Position numbers and translations under genes: made by a program
Notes under the pieces: model-generated
What the model saw: the letters and a program-made list of their open reading frames with translations, nothing else
What the model was told of the DNA's origin: nothing
The model's database searches: none
Shown: positions 9,401 to 16,868 of the stretch, in pieces
How the letters are laid out: each line of letters starts with the position of its first letter
Position numbering within the stretch: the stretch's first letter is position 1
Origin: a virus
IMG/VR virus record: IMGVR_UViG_3300044846_005371
Coordinates: 1 to 64,000 of that record
Length of the DNA: 64,000 bases
Direction: 5' to 3' (one strand)

Positions 9401-12175
9401 TTTACAGTATTTACAAGCACAGGTCTTTCATATACCACTGCACAGTCAGTACTTATCGCCGCAAATACGTCAAATTACGTAGTAGGTACAGTTTCATCAT
9501 ATAATTCAATAACTGGTGAAGTAATAATGACGGTTTCTGAATTTTTAGGATCAGGAACTTATAACTCATGGTCAACTAACCTTGCTGGTGCATCTGGAGG
9601 AGACGGGTCTAGTGGAACTTCCGGTAAAACTGGAACTTCTGGAACTTCAGGAACAAGTGGAATTACTGGAACAAGCGGCTCTTCAGGTACAAGTGGAGTT
9701 TCAGGTACTTCAGGAACAAGTGGAGAAAGCGGAACTTCTGGAACTAGCGGAGTTTCAGGTACTTCAGGTACAACTGGAACAAGTGGTACTTCTGGTACTT
9801 CTGGTACAAGCGGAAAGAATGGTTCATCAGGTACTTCAGGTACAAGTGGAGTTTCGGGATCAAGTGGATCTAGTGGGACAAACGGAACCTCAGGTACTTC
9901 AGGCACTAGTGGAGAAAGCGGTACTTCTGGGACAAGTGGAGTTTCAGGTACTTCAGGCACTAGTGGAGCAAGCGGATCAAGCGGTTCATCAGGTACTTCC
10001 GGTACAAGCGGAAAATCGGGCACTAATGGTACTTCAGGCACTAGTGGAGCAAGCGGAACCTCTGGGACTTCAGGTACATCAGGTACAAGCGGAGAAAGCG
10101 GAACTTCTGGGACAACTGGAACAAGTGGAATTTCAGGAACGTCTGGTAAAAGCGGAACAGGCGGCACTTCAGGTACAAGCGGAAAGAATGGTTCATCAGG
10201 TACTTCAGGTACAAGTGGAGTTTCGGGATCAAGTGGATCTAGTGGGACAAACGGAACCTCAGGTACTTCAGGCACTAGTGGAGAAAGCGGTACTTCTGGG
10301 ACAAGTGGAATTTCAGGAACGTCTGGTACAACCGGAACAAGCGGTACTTCTGGTACAAGTGGTACAAGTGGTAAAAATGGTTCATCGGGTACTTCAGGTA
10401 CAACTGGTACATCCGGAGCAAATGGAACGAGTGGAACTAGCGGAACATCAGGTACCTCAGGTACAAGTGGAGAAGGCGGCACTTCAGGCACATCAGGTAC
10501 TTCTGGCACGTCCGGTACTTCTGGAGCAAATGGAACAAGTGGAACTAGCGGAACAAGTGGTAAAAATGGTACTTCGGGAACTACTGGAACTAGCGGAACT
10601 ACTGGAACTGCAGGAACTAGTGGATCTTCTGGTACAAGCGGAGCGACTGGTTCTTCTGGAACTAGCGGAGTAGCTGGAACTGCAGGAACTAGTGGATCTT
10701 CGGGTACAAGCGGAGCGACTGGTTCTTCTGGAACTAGCGGAGTAGCTGGAACTGCAGGAACTACTGGAACGAGTGGAACTAGTAACACATACGTTGGTTC
10801 ATCAACTACAAATGCAGCTATTCCGACATCAACTGGAGGAACATTTACAGTAGTCACAAGCACAGGTCTTTCATATACGACTGCACAGTCAGTGCTCATT
10901 GCCGCAAATACCTCAAATTATGTAATAGGTACAGTTTCATCATATGCTTCAGGAAGCGGAAGCTTGACAGTTACAGTAACTGATTATATCGGATCCGGTA
11001 CGTATAACTCATGGTCAACTAACCTTGCTGGTGCATCTGGAGGAGACGGATCTAGCGGTACATCAGGAACTAGTGGAGCAGGAGGTACTGGCGGTACTTC
11101 AGGTACTTCAGGGACTAGTGGTAAAAACGGTACTTCAGGGACTACTGGAACGAGTGGAACAAGCGGAACGAATGGGTCAAGCGGAACGAGCGGATTTGGA
11201 GGAACTGGAGGAACTAGTGGAACAGGATTTACTTACGCATACCAAAAGACTCTTTTCGTTGACCCTAGCGGAAATAACACAACTGCGCAATTGGGTAGAA
11301 TGGATCTTCCATGGCAAACTATCTCTGGCGCTCTTTCTGCAATTAATAACAATGCATCATATGATGGACACACTATCCATGTGTTTAGAGGAGATTATAC
11401 TGAAACTGCTCAATTTACTTTAAGTAGAAACGCAAAACTTTATTTTGCAGCAGGTGTGACAGTAACCGTAACCATAAATTCTGCGAACGCCTCATGGATA
11501 ACTTTAGCAAGTGGAGTAAATTTATCAATTGTTGGAGAGTCAAACCCATACGTTTCTGATGTAAATATACTAATCACTAACACTTCTAGTGATTTAAGAG
11601 TATTCAATATGCCTAACATTTTATCTACTTTGAGCATAGAGTCAATTAATATTAGATCTCAAGTAGTTGGAGCTTCTGGTGCGACTATGATAAGAGTATT
11701 AGGAGATGATAGCGGAAGTAATGGAAATACTGTAATTGTTGCAAGTTCAAAACTAGAATCTCTTAACGTTGCTCCAATTATAACAATGTTAAACTCTAAT
11801 CCAAATACTTTATTTGTAAAAGATTCAGTACTTAGAAATGCTGGAACAAGCGAAATTCTCGATTATGTAATATCTAGCAATGCAACAAATCATAGCTTGA
11901 TATTACAGGACTCAATTATGGTGACTGGCGGTGGAGGTTCACATATACGAATTTTTCAGCCTACTGAATTAGTAATTAGTGATTTAGTGTTATGGTCACA
12001 ATCGACTTTAGGATTTACGATAGTTGATCAAGCTATCTCTGGATCAACAAATATAGACATTGGAGCAAGATGTATATCTACTCAAAAATTACCAACTTCT
12101 GCTGGATCATCTCTAATAAACCGAACAAATGGATTGTTTGAATGTGAATTAACTTTTGCGAATCCGCTAACGTAA
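6458..12175 (+). CDS. Very long fibre protein, 1905 aa: G-T-S/G-S-S triplet rod, four internal knot domains, C-terminal pectin-lyase-like beta-helix
   Basis: Gly at every third residue over about 1,150 aa. The C-terminal domain begins LFVDPSGNN...PWQTISGAL...TIHVFRGDYTE, a typical beta-helix N-cap. Confidence 0.75.
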   Translation: MAININDNHSVQAPKPNDARYGPWSSVAAANTGVPSYNRYQGLTVGIYENGNPGDAVIEYWYQSGTADANLVIKTVAGTAGSGGTGTAGTSGETGTAGTSGETGTSGTSGTSGTSGISGTNGTSGTSGISGTNGTSGVSGSSGTSGATGTSGTSGATGSSGTSGATGSSGTSGETGSSGTSGMAGSSGTSGTSNTYVGQTNAGQSFNLTSLASTQSFNTLPGLSYTPGQSILVALNANNAFTGIVNSYTPSTGAIVLNSSTVLYGSGVHTGTWSTNLAGAAGGDGSSGTSGIDGSSGTSGIDGSSGTSGIDGTSGTSGVSGSSGTSGIGGTSGTSGASGSSGTSGTSGTSGANGTGGTSGTGGTSGVSGSSGTSGAAGSSGTSGTSGKAGSSGTSGTSGTSGAAGSSGTSGTSGTSGAAGSSGTSGTSGAAGSSGTSGTSGATGTSGTSGTSGATGTSGTSGTSGTSGISGTTGTSGTSGVSGTTGTSGTSGAAGSSGTSGTSGAAGSSGTSGTSGAAGSSGTSGTSGISGTTGTSGTSGAGGSSGTSGTSGVSGTTGTSGTSGITGSSGTSGETGTSGTSGSSGTSGAAGTSGTSGTSGKSDRYLGNTISGIAINISNLSSPGATLTLTTSSGLSYSPAQSILIANSDGSVSFQGIVTSYDPANGSISLSNFSNIIGSGVITSQWYTNLAGASGGDGSDGSSGTSGAAGTSGTSGTSGANGTSGTSGKSGTSGSSGTSGVSGTSGTSGTSGVSGTSGTSGESGSSGTSGVSGSSGTSGANGTSGTSGTSGKNGTSGTSGTSGVSGSSGTSGANGTSGTSGTSGESGTSGTTGTSGTSGTSGASGSSGSSGTSGTSGKSGTSGTSGTSGVSGTSGSSGTNGSSGTSGTSGESGTSGTSGTSGNAGTSGTGGTSGTSGKNGTSGTSGTSGTSGAAGSSGTSGAAGSSGTSGIAGSSGTSGTSNTYVGSSTSSATIPTSTGGTFTVFTSTGLSYTTAQSVLIAANTSNYVVGTVSSYNSITGEVIMTVSEFLGSGTYNSWSTNLAGASGGDGSSGTSGKTGTSGTSGTSGITGTSGSSGTSGVSGTSGTSGESGTSGTSGVSGTSGTTGTSGTSGTSGTSGKNGSSGTSGTSGVSGSSGSSGTNGTSGTSGTSGESGTSGTSGVSGTSGTSGASGSSGSSGTSGTSGKSGTNGTSGTSGASGTSGTSGTSGTSGESGTSGTTGTSGISGTSGKSGTGGTSGTSGKNGSSGTSGTSGVSGSSGSSGTNGTSGTSGTSGESGTSGTSGISGTSGTTGTSGTSGTSGTSGKNGSSGTSGTTGTSGANGTSGTSGTSGTSGTSGEGGTSGTSGTSGTSGTSGANGTSGTSGTSGKNGTSGTTGTSGTTGTAGTSGSSGTSGATGSSGTSGVAGTAGTSGSSGTSGATGSSGTSGVAGTAGTTGTSGTSNTYVGSSTTNAAIPTSTGGTFTVVTSTGLSYTTAQSVLIAANTSNYVIGTVSSYASGSGSLTVTVTDYIGSGTYNSWSTNLAGASGGDGSSGTSGTSGAGGTGGTSGTSGTSGKNGTSGTTGTSGTSGTNGSSGTSGFGGTGGTSGTGFTYAYQKTLFVDPSGNNTTAQLGRMDLPWQTISGALSAINNNASYDGHTIHVFRGDYTETAQFTLSRNAKLYFAAGVTVTVTINSANASWITLASGVNLSIVGESNPYVSDVNILITNTSSDLRVFNMPNILSTLSIESINIRSQVVGASGATMIRVLGDDSGSNGNTVIVASSKLESLNVAPIITMLNSNPNTLFVKDSVLRNAGTSEILDYVISSNATNHSLILQDSIMVTGGGGSHIRIFQPTELVISDLVLWSQSTLGFTIVDQAISGSTNIDIGARCISTQKLPTSAGSSLINRTNGLFECELTFANPLT
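6689..11227 (+). repeat. Gly-X-Ser coding triplet repeat interrupted by four homologous ~90-aa domains
   Basis: Read directly; knots at 7037-7312, 8264-8551, 9341-9607 and 10784-11050. Confidence 0.95.
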
Positions 12176-12182
12176 TTTTGAG

Positions 12183-12190
12183 TATAAATA
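12183..12190 (+). promoter_or_regulatory. T4-type late promoter TATAAATA
   Basis: Exact T4 late consensus 10 nt upstream of the fibre gene. Related AATAAATA copies lie at 4828(+), 26722(-), 29741(-), 35077(-), 42381(+), 43529(+), 46590(+), 62529(-) and 62576(+). Confidence 0.7.
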
Positions 12191-12200
12191 GTAATATATT

Positions 12201-14411
12201 ATGGCTCAATTCAGAGGTAAACTTACTTGGAACACAGCATCTATTTCAATAGTTGCTGGATATCAAAGCGTTGAGGTTGCAAACGTTTCTGCTGGAAATG
12301 GCGGAACCCTATATCTTCCTCAAGTAACTGGATCGACTGCTCAAGTCGGAGTCGGTCATACTTTCTATGTAATAGACAGTGGAGCATACATTTCTGGAAC
12401 AGGCATAACCATTCTTCCGAATGCATTAGATTCAAATGTTAGAATCAATGGATTAACGTCATTGAATATTAGATCTTCAAATGTAGCCATTAAAATATCA
12501 TATGAAGGGTTTAATAGATGGTTAGTAACTTGGGGAGAAGCGGGAACTAGTGGAACATCAGGCGTTAGTGGAACTTCAGGAACTAGTGGAACATCAGGCG
12601 TTAGTGGAACTTCAGGAACTAGCGGAACAAGCGGTGCAGTAGGCTCTCATGGAACAAGCGGAGTAAGCGGTTTTCAAGGATCTAATGGAACAAGTGGAGT
12701 TTCAGGAACGAGCGGTACATCTGGAGTAAGTAGTACTTCAGGAACTAGTGGAACATCTGGCAAATCTGGAAGCAGCGGAACTAGTGGAGCAACTGGCACA
12801 AGCGGAACAACTGGTACTTCAGGTACGTCGGGAGTAACTGGAAATTCTGGAACATCTGGCTCTAGCGGAACATCAGGCACAAGTGGACCTTCTGGCTCTA
12901 GCGGAACATCAGGCACAAGTGGACCTTCTGGCTCTAGCGGAACATCAGGCACAAGTGGAACTTCTGGCACGAGTGGAAAAAATGGAGCTAATGGGAATGC
13001 TGGAACACGTGGAACTTCTGGAACTTCTGGTACAAGTGGAGCTCCTGGATATATTGGAAGCGACGGGTCCAGTGGAACATCAGGCACCTCAGGTGAAACT
13101 GGCACAAGCGGAACTAGTGGAACTAGTGGAATTAATGGAACTAGTGGAACAAGCGGAAAGTCTGGCGAAGATGGAAATGATGGATCTTCTGGAACATCTG
13201 GAGCAAATGGCACTAGTGGAACAAGCGGAAAGAGTGGAACTACTGGAACGTCAGGTACATCTGGCGTAAGCAGTACTAGTGGATCTTCAGGTACGTCTGG
13301 AGTAAGTAGTACTTCAGGAACTAGCGGAACTTCGGGCCAATCTGGAACTAGCGGAACTTCGGGCAAATCTGGAAGCAGCGGAACTAGTGGAACGAGTGGA
13401 AAATCTGGGACGACTGGCACTTCTGGAATAAGTGGTAGCCATGGAACTTCTGGAACAAATGGGATAAGCGGAACAAGTGGAATTAACGGAACTCCTGGAA
13501 TTGATGGTAGCTCTGGTACAAGTGGAAGGAGTGGAATTAACGGATCTCCAGGCCCGACTGGACCTAGCGGATCGTCTGGAACAAGCGGACGATCAGGAAC
13601 TACTTCAGGCACGTCTGGAACAATTGGCCCGCCTGGACCAATAGGCTCTCCAGGTCCACCGGGACCAGGTGGAGCAAACGGATCTAGCGGAACAAGTGGA
13701 AAATCAGGAACATCTGGCTCTTCAGGAACTAGCGGAACATCTGGCAAATCCGGAAGCAGCGGAACTAGTGGCACTTCTGGTAAATCTGGAAGTAGCGGAA
13801 CTAGCGGATTTACTTATGCTCCATATGTTGGAATTAAGGATAACTCTGTCGGTATGATAGCTGACACAAATGGTTTGATTTATACAGCACAAAGTGGTAC
13901 ACCAGGAGTAGCTTTAATTACAGTGGCTACGTCGCCACTTGCAAAAGCTATATATAAGCCATGGGCGACATACTCAGGCTCTCCAGATGTTGAATACCAG
14001 CTAGCAATAGGTGGAGCTGGAACAAATTTTTATACTCCTCCTACCGCTAACGATCCTTTTCCTTCATTGTATGCGAATGGGAATATTAGAGCAGCTGGTC
14101 GATTTATTTCAAATGGCCGAGTTGTTGGAATATCTGAATATTCAACAAATTCGACTATTAATACATTAACTGATGGTCAAATCATAATGCTAAGTGGAGC
14201 TGGTGGAACGACGATATCTCTTCCAGCCGGAGCGGACGGTCTATGTATTACTTTACGAAGCATTTCGGCTGGAGTATGGACAGTTGCTGGTGCAAGTACT
14301 CTAATTTTTGCAATAGGCGCGAGTGGTTCGGGCTCAACAACTATTGCTGCATACAAAGCTAAAACATTTGTATATAGACCAAGCGGAGGAAGTTGGTATC
14401 AAATATATTAA
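12201..14411 (+). CDS. Fibre protein with central G-T-S repeat, 736 aa
   Basis: About 425-aa repeat with in-register GPPGPIGSPGPPG; small beta-rich domains at both ends. Confidence 0.7.
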   Translation: MAQFRGKLTWNTASISIVAGYQSVEVANVSAGNGGTLYLPQVTGSTAQVGVGHTFYVIDSGAYISGTGITILPNALDSNVRINGLTSLNIRSSNVAIKISYEGFNRWLVTWGEAGTSGTSGVSGTSGTSGTSGVSGTSGTSGTSGAVGSHGTSGVSGFQGSNGTSGVSGTSGTSGVSSTSGTSGTSGKSGSSGTSGATGTSGTTGTSGTSGVTGNSGTSGSSGTSGTSGPSGSSGTSGTSGPSGSSGTSGTSGTSGTSGKNGANGNAGTRGTSGTSGTSGAPGYIGSDGSSGTSGTSGETGTSGTSGTSGINGTSGTSGKSGEDGNDGSSGTSGANGTSGTSGKSGTTGTSGTSGVSSTSGSSGTSGVSSTSGTSGTSGQSGTSGTSGKSGSSGTSGTSGKSGTTGTSGISGSHGTSGTNGISGTSGINGTPGIDGSSGTSGRSGINGSPGPTGPSGSSGTSGRSGTTSGTSGTIGPPGPIGSPGPPGPGGANGSSGTSGKSGTSGSSGTSGTSGKSGSSGTSGTSGKSGSSGTSGFTYAPYVGIKDNSVGMIADTNGLIYTAQSGTPGVALITVATSPLAKAIYKPWATYSGSPDVEYQLAIGGAGTNFYTPPTANDPFPSLYANGNIRAAGRFISNGRVVGISEYSTNSTINTLTDGQIIMLSGAGGTTISLPAGADGLCITLRSISAGVWTVAGASTLIFAIGASGSGSTTIAAYKAKTFVYRPSGGSWYQIY
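12534..13808 (+). repeat. Gly-X-Ser coding triplet repeat
   Basis: Read directly; includes 36-nt tandem units near 12870-12960. Confidence 0.95.
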
Positions 14412-14414
14412 TAA

Positions 14415-16832
14415 ATGTCAGAATTTAGGAGTAAAAATAGAGTTCTTTCTTCGAATACAACTCACTATTTAACTGCGCAAGATTCAGTAGTTACTCTCTC
14501 TGGCACAGTAGGCGCAGGTGGAATAATAATTCTTCCTTTTGAAAATACTATAGGTGTTGGCTGGGAATGTGTTATTATTGATTCAAATGAATTATTAGCA
14601 CCTGTCATTTCAAGCGGAATAACGATTGTCGCAAATAATTACATAGCTGCTTCTAGAATAAATGGGGCTCCGCAAATTAATATATCTACTCCTGGTGTAG
14701 TAATTAGAATACGATATGACGGGTTTAATAGATTCTCAGCGATTTTTTCGTCAAATGGCTCTTCTGGCACAAGTGGTAGATCTGGAACTGCTGGAACAAA
14801 TGGAACTGGTGGGACCAGCGGACTAAATAGAACAGCTGGAACTGGTGGAATTGGTGGGCAGGGAGGTTCCAGCGGAACTAGTGGAAATATTGGAGCACAC
14901 GGAACTAGCGGAACTTCCGGTACTTCAGGCATATCCAATACTTCTGGAACTAGTGGATCATCTGGAGCAAGCGCCACATCAGGTACTAGTGGAACTTCTG
15001 GTAAATCTGGATTAAGAGGAACTTCTGGAAAATCTGGAACAAATGGAACAAATGGAAAGGACGGAACATCTGGTACTTCAGGAACTACTGGAACCTCTGG
15101 TCTTACTGGTGTTTCAGGATCGTCTGGAACTAATGGATTGACCGGTATTTCCGGAACAAGTGGATTTTCGAGAACTAGTGGATCTAGTGGGACTAACGGA
15201 AAGGATGGAGAAAATGGAGATTCAGGAACAAGCGGAAGAAACGGAACAAGTGGAAAAGACGGAGTTGATGGAAGTGATGGGGTATTCGGAACTAGTGGAC
15301 GAGCAAGTACATCTGGAAAAAGTGGATCCAGTGGAAAAAGTGGAACTTCTGGAACAAGCGGAACAAGTGGCATTAAAGGATCTCCTGGAATTGACGGTAG
15401 TGCAGGCACTAGCGGGAATTCAGGCACTTCAGGCACTTCAAATTCATCAGGTAGTTCAGGATCATCTGGATTATCAAATACTTCTGGAACATCAGGAACC
15501 TCTGGTGCAAACGGAACTAACGGAACTTCTGGTAAATCTGGCACTAATGGGAATTCAGGCACTAATGGGAATTCAGGCACTAGTGGTACGCATGGGACAA
15601 GTGGATATAGCGATACTTCCGGAACTGCTGGAACTTCAGGAATATCTGTGGATCCTCTCATAAAAAGTGGCACAAGTGGAAAAAGCGGAGTAAGTATTAT
15701 TGCAGGTTTAAATGGAAGCGCTGGTACAAGTGGAAAAAATGCTCTACATTATGCTTTTATTGGGACGAGCGGAACTTCAGGTATTCCGGGATTTAGCGGA
15801 ATTGCTGGACCTTCTGGAAAAGTAGGAACAAGCGGAACCAGTGGAACAACTGGTACAAGCGGAACACGAGGAGCCTCAGGAAAAACAGGACCAGATGGTC
15901 CTTTCGGTCCGCCTGGAGCAGCTGGTGTAATCGGGACGTCCGGATCTAGTAATCTGACTAATGGAACTTCTGGAACTAGTGGGAGAAATGGAACAAACGG
16001 TACATCAAATATTTCTGGAACAAGCGGAACTAGTTCCACTGCAGTTGGGACTTCTGGAACTAGCGGAGCTGCAATGGAAGTTCAATGGTTTGGTCAGTGG
16101 TGGGATATAACTGGACCGACTGCGCTACAAGTGTTCAACGAAGATAGTTCTCCTGCGACTGGTCAAGATGGAGCAGTTTGGTTCTTATCGGATACTGGCC
16201 CAGCCTTTTCTTGGTCAACGTATCAATGGTCCCCTTTGTTGGGAGAATGGGTAGTATCTGGAACAACTACTTCATATAACACTATCCATTGGGACAAAAA
16301 CTATCTGTATTTTGACGATACTAATGGAAGACTGGGCTTAAACATAACGTCTCCTTCACAAACTATACACGTAGATAGCGATACTGGCGTGGAAGGAGCA
16401 ATACGAGTTGATGGAATTTCAAGTAGCTTAAATGAAGAAGCGCCTATATCTATTTATGTTTTTGGATCAGGCTCACCGTCAGCTAGCGGAACAACTAATG
16501 CTGCGAATGGAGACGTTATTAATGGAAATGGAAGAAGATTCACAGTATTCAACACTAATATTACTTGGCATGTAAGGTTAGGTAATGATATTCCTGAAGG
16601 AACTATTCTTACTTTTACTAGAATCGACAATCTTAGTGCAATCGGGATTAATATTAGGGGACTAAGCGATGGCACGAATTATTTTTATTTACTTGGTTCA
16701 GGAACGGCTGTTTCAACAATATCTCTATCCAGAATATCGGACGGTGATAATACTCCTTTTAGAAGCTCAACTACAATTGTAAAAAGAGGATCCTTCTGGT
16801 ATGAAATAGCTAACGCAGAAAATACAGTTTAA
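14415..16832 (+). CDS. Fibre protein with a degenerate G-T-S repeat, 805 aa
   Basis: N-terminal domain paralogous to 12201-14411 (RING...I..EGFNRW / RING...RYDGFNRF); GRLGLNITSPSQTIHV fibre motif. Confidence 0.7.
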   Translation: MSEFRSKNRVLSSNTTHYLTAQDSVVTLSGTVGAGGIIILPFENTIGVGWECVIIDSNELLAPVISSGITIVANNYIAASRINGAPQINISTPGVVIRIRYDGFNRFSAIFSSNGSSGTSGRSGTAGTNGTGGTSGLNRTAGTGGIGGQGGSSGTSGNIGAHGTSGTSGTSGISNTSGTSGSSGASATSGTSGTSGKSGLRGTSGKSGTNGTNGKDGTSGTSGTTGTSGLTGVSGSSGTNGLTGISGTSGFSRTSGSSGTNGKDGENGDSGTSGRNGTSGKDGVDGSDGVFGTSGRASTSGKSGSSGKSGTSGTSGTSGIKGSPGIDGSAGTSGNSGTSGTSNSSGSSGSSGLSNTSGTSGTSGANGTNGTSGKSGTNGNSGTNGNSGTSGTHGTSGYSDTSGTAGTSGISVDPLIKSGTSGKSGVSIIAGLNGSAGTSGKNALHYAFIGTSGTSGIPGFSGIAGPSGKVGTSGTSGTTGTSGTRGASGKTGPDGPFGPPGAAGVIGTSGSSNLTNGTSGTSGRNGTNGTSNISGTSGTSSTAVGTSGTSGAAMEVQWFGQWWDITGPTALQVFNEDSSPATGQDGAVWFLSDTGPAFSWSTYQWSPLLGEWVVSGTTTSYNTIHWDKNYLYFDDTNGRLGLNITSPSQTIHVDSDTGVEGAIRVDGISSSLNEEAPISIYVFGSGSPSASGTTNAANGDVINGNGRRFTVFNTNITWHVRLGNDIPEGTILTFTRIDNLSAIGINIRGLSDGTNYFYLLGSGTAVSTISLSRISDGDNTPFRSSTTIVKRGSFWYEIANAENTV
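14757..16067 (+). repeat. Degenerate Gly-X-Ser coding triplet repeat
   Basis: Read directly; some Gly positions are replaced by N, A, R, S or D, and there are register breaks. Confidence 0.9.
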
Positions 16833-16852
16833 TAAAAACTAGTATCATTTTT

Positions 16853-16860
16853 TTAGTATA
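16853..16860 (+). promoter_or_regulatory. TTAGTATA candidate non-late promoter upstream of the glycosyltransferase cluster
   Basis: The same 8-mer occurs in gene orientation at 25499-25506(-), 41262-41269(-), 42217-42224(-) and 42418-42425(+). Confidence 0.5.
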
Positions 16861-16868
16861 AAGAATAG

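Noticed and set aside
6705-15663. Same-strand alternative-frame Q/V/L/E-rich ORFs (e.g. 7509-8276, 8541-9311, 9582-10673)
   Set aside because: Frame-shifted readings of the same repeat; they start and end with it, and no slippery site or translation signal was seen.
5009-16039. Long antisense Pro/Val/Leu/Glu ORFs (e.g. 7141-8385, 8419-9438, 9559-10899, 12674-13774, 14639-15673)
   Set aside because: The reverse complement of Gly/Thr/Ser codons in that frame gives only CCN, GTN, GAN and CTN, so stops cannot occur. They are shadows of the repeat.
5070-16067. Repeats as a possible CRISPR array or satellite
   Set aside because: There is no constant repeat/unique spacer pattern. They are in-frame coding triplets with synonymous variation.
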